64,000 nucleotides of DNA from Eukaryota sp. TZLM1-RC (Eukaryota; Protista; Metamonada: BaSk clade), in the NCBI GenBank assembly GCA_040285825.1, contig JAUPSS010000004.1, positions 1,716,550 to 1,780,549 of the forward strand, given 5' to 3'. Position 1 is the first letter of the stretch; the number at the start of each line of letters is the position of its first letter. This document shows, piece after piece, positions 49,530 through 59,566 of the stretch. The notes under the pieces are model-generated. The model was not told the DNA's origin, made no database searches, and saw nothing but the letters and a program-made list of their open reading frames with translations. A program made the translations under genes and the position numbers.

Positions 49530-50211
49530 ACTGTATATTGAAGTGAGTGAGCACTATAATACATGATGTCATTCGCTGCTTTGTCATAATCTGTCATTTG
49601 GCATTGTAGAGTATTCTTGAATGCTCATTGATTGTTGTGAATATGTGACCGTAGTTTAATTGTCTTTTGTCAAACTTCTTTGATGAAATGACAACAATTA
49701 ACGTTGATGACATAAATTATGCATGCTGAAAATGTTAGAAAACATTGAACGAAGTGATTTTCGTTGTACTATCTTTGCGTACTAATGCTTTCATGCCATC
49801 ACTTCTTCATATATTTGCAGTATCCATTAATAATCAATAGCATTATCTAAAGGTAGACAGTCTTCCCAATTGATCAAAGGTTTCAATCAGAGGTGTTCAT
49901 AACCAGTGTCATACAACTGGTTTGACTCTAAATTACAAATTTGATTATATAATTTGATCACCAGATGATTTAGTAAAGTTGGAGTTAAAGAGTCAATGTT
50001 TCAACCCAATCAGGGTAATCAGTGGAGCAATACCTGAAACAAATATTAATAGATTCACAAGTCTGGTGAAAAAAAATAATTTATTGCGACGAACGACCAG
50101 TTTAAAAAATATTTCAAGAAAAAGGATAAAACACAAATTATTGTACAAAAAAGGATTAAATTAGATAACGAAAATAATTCAAAACCACAAAAATAAAGTG
50201 TTGAACAGCAG

Positions 50212-51435
50212 TCATGATTGAATCATTGGGAGCATTGAACTCGAACGGCCTCCTGTCGCCTTACCCCATTGGATATCATTAAGCAGTTTTCGAATAATTA
50301 CCTCCTTTTCAGTAAATGATAAAGACTTGTAATCAAAGTTACCAAATTCAAACACTTTTTTATCAATAAATTCAACATCTTCCATAACAAAAGGAGAAGA
50401 AGATCTTCTATTTGGTTGGGGTTTCTGAGAGTCTTGAATGGCGAGTAAATGGTCCAAAAGAAACTGTTCAACAGCAGATCTTTGGTCAATCAAGTGCTCT
50501 GCTATTGTTTTAATTTTCACTAATTTCTGTGATTTAAATTTTAATAACCGTTTCAGTGCATCATTTTCTAATGTAAGTTCTTCCAATAAAGCCTGCAATT
50601 TATCAACATCTTGTTTTCTAGAGTCTTCAGCCTTGGCGATTAATTCTGAAACTTGTCGTTCTAGTTGGCTGATCTTGTTATTAAGAGAAGAAATTTTACG
50701 TTCGTCTTCTTGACTTTTTTTGACTTGAGTGTCAATGATTGCAGTTTCTGACCATTGATCACGTTGGATTAAGCTTAGTTTCCTTTCAGCTTCTTCAGCC
50801 CTCTTCTCCAAGTCCTGGGAATGTTCCACATGGAACCGCAAGTCCTCAGCCAGCTGAACATTCTGCTCAACCATGTTTTTGTACAACTTTTTCAGTAACT
50901 GCTCAGCCTTTTGTTGGCAAAGATTCTCTATTTTCGCCAAAGATTCAGAGTGCTTTTGGTCTTTTTTCTTGTTTGCTTTCAAGAATGAATCTTCCAGGTA
51001 CTGAACTTGTTCTTTCAGATTCGATTCATGGTCAATCATTTGTTGACGCAGCTCCACTACGTCTTGATCGTACTTTTCCTTATGTTCCTTGTAATCAGTA
51101 AGGGATTGGAGTTGTTGTCGTAATTGTTCTACATCTTGGTTGAGTCGCTCTCTTTCAGATTCTACCTCATTTCGTTTTAGTTCTACTTCCTTTAGCATAT
51201 GTTGACGTTCATCTTCAACAGCAATCTTTAATTTTCCAATTTCAGTTTTGAGCTGAGCATTTTCTGCTTCACGCTTAGAGAGTTCACGCTGGAGATAGTC
51301 GACTGCTACACCGTGACCACGGTCTTGTTCATAAAAGGAAAGTTCAAGTTTGTAAAAGCGATCTTGTAAGTCAAGATAGTCACGTTGTAAAGCATCGTGA
51401 ACAGTACGAGAGACAGAATCAGAAGACTTGCCCAT
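50212..51435 (-). CDS. coiled-coil basal body orientation factor 1 (CCDC176)-like
   Basis: Long coiled coil, with IAEHLIDQRSAVEQFLL and LSFTEKEVIIRKLL matching conserved BBOF1 blocks. Confidence 0.65.
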   Translation of the reverse strand: MGKSSDSVSRTVHDALQRDYLDLQDRFYKLELSFYEQDRGHGVAVDYLQRELSKREAENAQLKTEIGKLKIAVEDERQHMLKEVELKRNEVESERERLNQDVEQLRQQLQSLTDYKEHKEKYDQDVVELRQQMIDHESNLKEQVQYLEDSFLKANKKKDQKHSESLAKIENLCQQKAEQLLKKLYKNMVEQNVQLAEDLRFHVEHSQDLEKRAEEAERKLSLIQRDQWSETAIIDTQVKKSQEDERKISSLNNKISQLERQVSELIAKAEDSRKQDVDKLQALLEELTLENDALKRLLKFKSQKLVKIKTIAEHLIDQRSAVEQFLLDHLLAIQDSQKPQPNRRSSSPFVMEDVEFIDKKVFEFGNFDYKSLSFTEKEVIIRKLLNDIQWGKATGGRSSSMLPMIQS

Positions 51436-52069
51436 GGTAGTAAATAGAATGGTACATTTTCAAAAAATAATCCTTTTATTCTTGAACATCATCAGTCTTT
51501 TTACTTATACAGTTTTGAATACTATCTTTATAGTTGAAACTGCATTTTATTCAACTTCTTTGGCCAAGAAACATTTGAATCCTTATTATTCAAGTGAATT
51601 CAAGGAACTTTCGAGTGTAGATAGGTTTTTTTCAGGATGTGTAAAAAGAAATTTCCAAAATTTAAACGATGAATTGGAGGAGAGAAAACGTGGCCAGATA
51701 ATGCATAGTCTTTTTAGTTTTACTTTTAACTTTATTAAATTAATATATTATATATAAAACAATAATTTGTCATTGATGATGAGATTATTATAGGATAAAG
51801 AAAGAAGTTCTTTTTGTTGTAGTTGTTGATATCAGGTTTGAATGACACCAAAACAAAGAATTGCTTTAAAGTTTACAAAAACCTTTAAAGTTTACCAAAA
51901 CCTTCAAACAATCCACCAATGTTAATCAAAACTTGCGATCCCAAAATATTTAACAATCTTGGAGATTTTGAATTAATAATTAATGTATCATCCAAAGAAA
52001 TTTTTGACGAATTTACAAAAATAAAGGAGTTACTGTGTTGAATGATATGTTAAAGTCTTTGCCAACTTC

Positions 52070-52346
52070 AGTTGATATTTCTGATAAAACTGATTAAATT
52101 CACATCTAATGTGGAACAGACACACGTAGTCGGAAGGTGCAGTGTGAGCCATAGGTTCTTGGTGCGGGCCACAACAGAAGTGAACAAAGGGAGCAGTAAT
52201 ACCAACTTGCTCATAAATTCCCTGAATGAAGGTACTGAATTGGGCTTTTCACGGCTGCTAGACTTCAACTACCTTGATGGGCAAGTAGGTTGGTGGGAAA
52301 TTCCCATAAATACACGATCTATTTTTGTGCGGAATAATTACAAAAA
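52070..52346 (-). ncRNA. candidate omegaRNA region downstream of Fanzor Fz-3
   Basis: A GC-richer non-coding stretch right after the Fanzor stop, with short inverted repeats (GGGAATTTCCC, CTAC...GTAG, GCCGTGAAAAGC). Boundaries are uncertain. Confidence 0.4.
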
Positions 52347-54530
52347 CTATCTACTACACAGATACTGAGGCCTTTCATTACCACTCATCCTCGCTTCAGC
52401 AATCGCAAACATATTCAGACAAGCCAACTTATTTCTATTGAAAAGCTTTGTTGAGCCTTTGTTACTGAGTTTGCAACTCTCGCTATTACAAGCTAATAAA
52501 CCATGACATGTAGTAACAGGAGTCTTTTCTCTTCTATAGAATCTGGGATTTGTTACTCTCAAAAACGTAGCAACCTTTTCAAAACAATCAGGACATTTTG
52601 CTGAAGTGAAAGCTTCATTAATCATCAATACTTCAAATCCATTTCTTTTCAGAAATTGAATCCATCCAATGCCACGAGTAGGTCTCTGATGTTTCAAATT
52701 CTTAAAACCATTTTTACCATAATCACCCATTAGAATTATAGTGTCTTTTGGATTGCCAAACTGCTGAACAAGGCTTTTCAATAACCAACTTTCAGTCTTT
52801 TGCTTGTGAATAAAAGCTTGCATTTTATGAATGCTCCACAAGTCAAGACTGTAAAAGTCAATTGTCAAAAAAACTTACCGAAGTTTGGCAACCACAAAGT
52901 TGGAAAAATCTATAAAAGTTGCTGAATTAGCAGCAAACAAGGACAATTCGGTGTTTGCATCTTCAATTGTCATTTCGTTAGACTCTCTCAATTGGTTCCT
53001 GTCGTAATCCACTTCAGTATACTTTGTCGCCCATCGTTTTTGTTTTTCATTCATTCTATTTTTCAAAGACCAGGACATCTGAGTCATTCTCAACCATTTG
53101 TACTTCGTGTCTTGATTCATCACCCGACTATTTCTTTGATGTTCAGTTTCATGTTCAGGCACCATGACTAGTTCTTGATCAGTCTTTTTACTCCCAAAGT
53201 ATAATAAATCACGTTTTCCAGGATCACAAACAACAATTAGTTTGTCTTGAAAAGCATCAACATCGACATCATCAATATATAAATCAGAAATACTAGCCTT
53301 GTTGTCTGGCTTACATTTCTGACCTTGTAAATCCTGACGAACAAATTCTACTGCAATATTGAATCCATCTGTGTGGATAATGTTGTTGAATTTTTAGCTC
53401 TTCTGTTTGAACATTGGTTGGTGTAAATCTAGAATATTAGACCAAAAGTCAAATTGCTCAGGTGGTTTGAATCTATGAACTTGGGCTTGTGTATTTGCCA
53501 TTTTTGATCTCTGATTAGGCAACAAATCGTCCATCAATGTTTGTCTAATAATTGTCCATATTGTTCTTGTATCAATAGGAAAATCAACAGGGCCTACAGT
53601 GGTTGAAACAGGAGAAATATGATACGGTTTTCCCTCTCTACTGGAGATATATTGGGCAATTGTAATTGCTGGTTTTAGGAATATTTGAGGATCTTTTTCA
53701 ACAGCGTCTGCAAGAAAATGTATAGCCACTGGAAAAATGTTGTCAACTAAATTCTCGTCACTGACCAAATTCTCAATTTGACAGGTTAATGGTTCAATAA
53801 GACCTTCAAATATGTCTCTAAGTTCATTATTTCTAATATCATGTTGTTCATATAAATCAAAAAATTCTTCATTCAGAAGGTCTGAAATATTTTCAGGATG
53901 ATGAAACAAAGAACTCAAGCAATCTCTATCATCAACTAAAAACAAGTTTTTGAATTGACGAAGCCTAAATCTATATAGTGAAATAATTGTAGATAATGGC
54001 GTTGAGTATTCACCCAGCTTGTGCATTTCTGCTAACACGTTTTCCACATTTACTTTGTCAAAGTAAACATTAATAAATCGATTAATATGTTTTTCATAAA
54101 TTAGTTTCAAATTATTCTCAAAATTGGCAAACATTACTGGGGCCATATACTCAGGTGGTCTACTGAAGCCATCAGTTGGAAATTGTGGAAAAAACTCAGG
54201 CATATATCTCAAATGGTCTACATAACTCAATGTTTTGTTCAATTTTTGTTGTTCAAAGGTGGTCGATAATCTATAATCTCCTTCACCATAAACAAAGTTT
54301 TCAAAATCCCCTGGAAATGCACTTTTTGGTTTCACCATTTCTGGCCCTTAATACTCAGATGAAATATAACGAATTCTGGCCATTAATGATTCATATAATT
54401 TGACAGAAATTCGTGGTGTTATAAAATTATGTTCAAAACAAGACTGTAAATACAGCTTTAAGCAACATGTGGTGTGAATTCGTAACTGTTGAAATTTTAC
54501 AGCAGTTTCTCTCAATTTGAATATCACATT
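52347..54530 (-). pseudogene. Fanzor1 nuclease, family Fz-3; one frame with three in-frame TAA stops
   Basis: LRETAVK...IHTTCCLKLYL, FENNLK...HINRFIN, IDTRTI, FNNIIHTDG, LYIDD, VCDPGKRDLLY (RuvC-I), MGDY, INEAFTSAKCPDC (RuvC-II), HGLLAC...C, FNRNKLACLNM (RuvC-III D>N), ERPQYLCR-like end. Confidence 0.9.
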
Positions 54531-55180
54531 TGAATGTTTATTTTCTTTTCATTTATCATTTTATATGCCAGATTGCCTAATCCATGTCCGTAGTGTATTT
54601 TAATAAATTTTTTGGCAAAAACCCAAGTATCTAAAAGAAAAAAGCCTTTTTCCCTGATGACAGCTTCCCTCCATCTTGGTGAAAGTTGATTGAGTACATC
54701 AATTGTTGCATCATCTCGAACAGTGGGAAATGGTGAATCAAAATAATTTAATCTATTTTTTAGAACCTGTAAATCAAACTGCATTAAATAGTGATTAAGA
54801 AAACAATGAGGTTGATGATTACCAATAATGTTTAAAAACCTACAAAGCAAGGTTTTTTCGTCAGAGAAAATTTCTGCCTGAACATGCATATCAATGTCTG
54901 GTAATCTGACTTGAGGACTCATTCTTAATAGAAGTGAATATTTATTCTCCAAGAAGAAATTATGGCGATCAAACTTACCAACAACAATCGAAATTAAAAA
55001 CACTTTTTGATCTGAAATCCACTCACCCACTTGCTTATCAGTTTTCTATTTCAAAAGATTTGCACTCTCCTTTCTCTTTTTGTTGATAATCTCATAAGAA
55101 GGGAGAAATTGGCCATCATGATTTTGATAAAGATGACCATCCTGATAGGTTTCAAGATCAAAGCACATAACAGTGGAAAG
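54524..55180 (-). pseudogene. family-B DNA polymerase-type 3'-5' exonuclease domain (ExoI, ExoII) upstream of Fanzor
   Basis: VMCFDLETY (ExoI), FSDEKTLLCRFLNII...HYLMQFDLQVLKNRL (ExoII), FLLDTW...LGNLAYKMINEKK. The two track ORFs are in the same frame, split by one TAG at 55046-55048. Confidence 0.78.
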
Positions 55181-55456
55181 ATTTTGATTTGAGGTCATTG
55201 ATTTGAATTGAATCAATGGATCAGGCTTGAAGCCACTACGATTGTGCTCAATTCTTTTGACCATACTCGATTTCAATGGTTTTTTTGTCAAAATCATCCT
55301 GTTCTCGATATTCAACATTGTATTCTTAATACAAATTTCTCGGTTCAGTGCTTTTTGTTGTTTTTTTAGCTTACGTTTTGATGTTTGTTGGTCAAAAATT
55401 GCATTTCTCATAATTTTTGATGGAGGAGTTGATTCAAAATTAGATCTTCTCTTTCT

Positions 55457-55498
55457 GGGACCAGCATTTGCTTCAACATCTCCATCCATTGTTAAATC
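55457..55498 (-). other. 2A/StopGo-like peptide DLTMDGDVEANAGP
   Basis: Matches the D(V/I)ExNPGP consensus except P>A (GCT, one base from CCT), preceded by DLTxDG as in iflavirus-type 2As. Confidence 0.6.
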
Positions 55499-55569
55499 AA
55501 CAGTAAATGGGTTTGTTGATAGAAGATGTTGGCAGCTTCTGGATTGAAAAGATAAACTATAAACATAAT

Positions 55570-56012
55570 AACCAAACTCAACATTATCGAAATAACAATT
55601 TAAGACACAACATCCCATATCTAAAGTGCAAGAATCTAAACCACAAAAATGAACAAACTCATAAACATCAAAATAACAATGTAAAACAAAACATAAACAA
55701 AAGAAACTTCCCACATTTATAATACAAGTACGTAAATTACAAAAAACAACAAACTGAAAAATATCAAGACAACAATTCAAAACAAAACACAAACAAGAAA
55801 AACATTCCATATTCAAAGTGCAAGTACCTAAACCAAAACAATCAACAAAATCAAAAACATCAAAGTAACAACAATGTAACACAAAACACAAACAAGAACA
55901 ACATCCCATATCTACAGTACAAATAGCTAAGCAACAAAAAACAACAAACTCAATAACATCAAAATAACAATTCAAAACAAACCACAAAGAAGAACATACC
56001 ATATCTAAAGTG
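55570..56012 (-). repeat. ~4.5 tandem coding repeats of 31-33 aa, Cys-rich and hydrophobic
   Basis: Consensus TLDMxCxSCLCFVLNCYFDVFEFVxFCxLxxC. Length differences are whole codons. Confidence 0.75.
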
Positions 56013-56707
56013 ATTAGCACCATGGTTGATTCAACAGCACCCATATCATGACTCACATGATGCCTCAAAAAAGTGCAATACTCTACCCCCACGGAAGCAT
56101 CAGAACGACGATTTCGATAAGAAATCGAGGCTCTGAGCTTCAGTTTGTTCCTGTAAAACAGGATGACTGTTCCCGACTGAGGAGTTCGGGAAGAAGTACT
56201 CGGCTGTTCTTTGAAGAACAGGTTGAAGGAGGAAATGGGAACTGAGTCCGTAACCTCGTTATCCTTGTTCTCCTTTTGCTGCATGATGTTAGAAGAATGG
56301 GAAGAGTCAAGATAATCTCACTGTCTGACACGATGTCTGACATGTTGATTGCAATTTCCAATTGATTGCTAATTTCCACAATGGTATCAAATGCCTATCG
56401 ACTGTATCTCTACTAGTGGTCATCAACATCAGCTCGATTTACGCTCTAGCTGTTCCGGTCGTTGTTACTCCGTCTAATCTCTATGTTTTTTCCAGCTTCC
56501 TTCTCCTTCCTTTACCTCTTGTTCTCTTCCCATTCAGCTATCTCAACAATTCTTCCTTTTCCTCTCCCTCTCTGTTTTGACGGGACCTAAACAAATGCTT
56601 GTTTCCCTACTTTCTACTCTGTCCAAACCTGAGAATTTCACGACCAGTTGGTCTGACAGTTCAAAGGTACTACTCTGCTTATAACATAGTTCAAATCACC
56701 ATGACCT

Positions 56708-58566
56708 CAATAACCTCTCTATAACTTCTCGCTATATAACTTCTCACTCTCTATAAATTCTCGTTTTTTCTGGTTCCCTTAGTCATTTATAATTGTAACT
56801 TCTCGCTTTATAACTTCTCTCTTTTTCATGTCACAACCACCAAAACCGAAACCAGTAGAGATAGGTGTCAAACAGTCAGCACTCCTCATCCAATATGCTG
56901 ACGAAAATCCTCATCTAAAGAATACTGCTTTGGCATCCTGGGCTAAAGAGACTTTCAACTTGCCCTCAAAACCCCATCGTACAACTATTGGAAAGATTTT
57001 GAAGCGACGTTCACAAGTTCTTGAGCAAGCTCTTGCCCTGGGCAAAAATTTGAGACCATCTGCAAAGAGAGTTCGTTCTGTAAAACACCCTGACCTTGAT
57101 GCTGCTCTTGCACTGTTTGTTGAGTCAAACTCAGCTCTCATGACAATCACTGAAGATGTTATTCTAACAGAGGCAGAAAAGCTTTATGAAGTCCTGGATA
57201 TTCCAAAAAGCGACCAGTTACAACACGGTGATGGCTGGTTCGAATCTTTCAAACAGAGACATGGAATAAAAGTTCTTACTCCTCACGGACATGCAGGTTC
57301 TGTTGATGAACTGGCTGTTGATGACTTTCGAAGATCTCTGGAACCATTATTGTCTCAGTACAAATCTGAAGACATATGGAATTTAGACGAAGCTGCTCTT
57401 TTTGGAGGAAAAACACGTCTGTTAAAACTCACACAACTCAATCATACGTTTCTGGTTTTAAAGATTCTAAGCAAAGAATCACTCTGGTTTTTTGTGTAAA
57501 TGCAGATGGGTCAGAGAAAATGCCTCTCGGTATCATCAACAAGTCTCAAAAGCCTCGCGGTATGAAACCAAACACTGCCAATTCACTGAACTTATTGTGG
57601 TATGCTAACAAAAAGGCATGGATGACTTCATCAATTTTTACCGATTACTGTAAGAAACTGAATGAAAAAATGAGAGCAAAGGGAAGACAAATTCTGTTGC
57701 TCATTGATAATGCCCCATCTCACATTTTAACTGAAAATTTGTCTAATGTGAGGACTGAGTTTTTGTTAAAGAATGCCACTTCACACATCCAACCACTCGA
57801 TGCTGGAATTATTGCAGTGTTTAAGCGCTTTTATTCAAAACATTTTCTAAGAAAAATATTGCCAATTATTGTTACTGAAAGAGTCACACAGGACGAAGCC
57901 CAAAAACGTATAGGCATCGTTGACGTTCTCCCCATTATCTCCTCTAGTTGGTCTATGGTGACCAGAGAATGTATTTCCAATTGTTGGAGGAAAGTTGGGC
58001 TATTGAACTGTCATGATAGAGATTCGAATGAAACCGGACAGATTAACGACAATGAAACTAATTTTGTAGAAGATTTGAACGTAGATCTTGAGGAATTTGA
58101 TGAAATTGTGGCTGAAGATGAGGACATCGCGACCGAAGGTATACTTTCGGTTGAAGAATGCTTGGATACTGTTCGAGACTGTGTTCTGGACGGATTGTGT
58201 GAAAATGACATAAACGAAGACGAGTCAAGACCAAAAGTTTCCAGAATAGAAGCATACAATGCGCTACAGATTATCAAATCTTATGCTATGGACAATTTTG
58301 ACCACAAACATCCTTCATTGTATACTCTTAATGAAGCAGAGAGTGAGTTAGAAACCATTAGACTAAAGAGGAAGAAACAAATTCCGTTGATGAACTTTCT
58401 AACACCTAAGTTGAATGAAATTGCATCTGAAGTTATTGATATCGAATAAACTTGTAATCTCAATAGGTTTAATGATAGTAATCAAGGAATTGTATAAGTT
58501 CTCGCTTTCTATAAGTTCTCGGTTTTAGTTGGTTCCCAAGACCGAGAAGTTATAGAGAGGTTACTG
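56708..58566 (+). mobile_element. pogo/Tigger-type (CENP-B-like DDE) DNA transposon
   Basis: 24-bp TIRs CA(A/G)TAACCTCTCTATAACTTCTCG, TA at the right end, and subterminal TATAACTTCTC repeats. Confidence 0.9.
56828..58449 (+). CDS. pogo transposase, one frameshift in a T-run near 57400
   Basis: CENP-B HTH (GWFESFKQRHGI), WNLDEAALF|W, KQRITLVFCVNADG, KAWMT, LLIDNAPSH, IQPLDAGII. Confidence 0.88.
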
Positions 58567-58869
58567 TAGTTGAAGTCATTAATAGTATTAATAAATTCAA
58601 AAAGCCATTGTTATTGGTTTATGGCAACTCAAAATATACATGTTTCTATCCATGCTACTAAATCTTAATACTAACTATGAACATTCTTTCCCACACTCAC
58701 TGATCGTTTCGGTACCATTGGTCTACAATTATCATGAATATGAGAGTACGCAATCCTGTACAAGTTTAGCGCACTGTTAACATCCATATCTCAATAAATA
58801 AATTGTGGCAACCTTTTTTTATTAATAAATTATATTTACAAACGCAAACAAAACAACTAAACAAAAATC

Positions 58870-59280
58870 CAAAACTCAATTCCCTCAATACACGCATCTA
58901 CATCATCAAATCTCTTCAGTACGCAAATCTCATACTCTATTCTAAATTGTACAGTGTTTTGGTTATCATTTGTGGAATTGCTTTTAGTATACTAAAAACA
59001 ATTCTATTGTGTCAGAAAATGAAGTTCAGCTCTTTTCCTGCTCGTTCTTTTATTAAACATTTGAAACCTTGAAGATATTTAATACCAGATTTTTCAATAT
59101 TACCAAAAAGAGAAACAACAAATGGAACCACCTGATACTTTATATGCACAACGCGGCCAAGTTGAGATCAGGGTTCCTTGTACTTTTTGATTTTGCTCTT
59201 TTCAGCAAAGCAAAACGAAGATTTATCTTTTTTAGCAAAATCAGTTGCTGGATCCTTGCAAACATCAACAGTGACAATTT
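58870..59280 (-). mobile_element. non-LTR 3' fragment (family D)
   Basis: Similar to 48090-48470. Confidence 0.75.
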
Positions 59281-59566
59281 CATAAATTAAATTCAAGTGT
59301 TTCAAATCTCAAGGAAACCAAATTTCTGTGTGAACTTTCTTAAATATCGACAAAAAAGCATTTGGACCAGATGTGCGGAGAGAGGCAATGAATAATGCAG
59401 AGACACAAGATGAGCACTATCTCAATGTTCCATAAAATGTTAATCCTGAATGTTGACAATGGAATAAATGCAAAGCCCAAAGTTTAGTAGAGGTCAACTT
59501 GATTCATTTTTATATCCAGCAATCTCAACGGGTTACTACTATTTAACATTTTTGTGCTGCTAGCCG

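Larger units (their letters stand above)
48861..49817. repeat. inverted duplication with ~370-bp arms and a ~220-bp spacer; each arm ends in tRNA-Ser
   Basis: 48861-49226 is the reverse complement of 49448-49817, with scattered mismatches outside the tRNA. Confidence 0.92.

Noticed and set aside
52875-55048. All four in-frame stops in the exonuclease-Fanzor locus are TAA/TAG, suggesting TAR=Gln recoding as in hexamitid diplomonads
   Set aside because: Host genes end in TAA/TAG at conserved C-termini (RPL21, eRF1, Hsp70), long host ORFs have no internal TAR, and eRF1 has standard TASNIKS/YLCDNKF motifs. Mutational decay is the simpler explanation.
54524-55180. Interpretation as a Polinton/virus or host DNA polymerase gene
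   Set aside because: No polymerase motifs, capsid, ATPase or integrase follow; the exonuclease leads directly into Fanzor sequence.
56708-56820. Short repeated TATAACTTCTC units resembling a CRISPR-like array
   Set aside because: These are subterminal transposase-binding repeats of the pogo element with no regular unique spacers. No CRISPR array was seen in the window.
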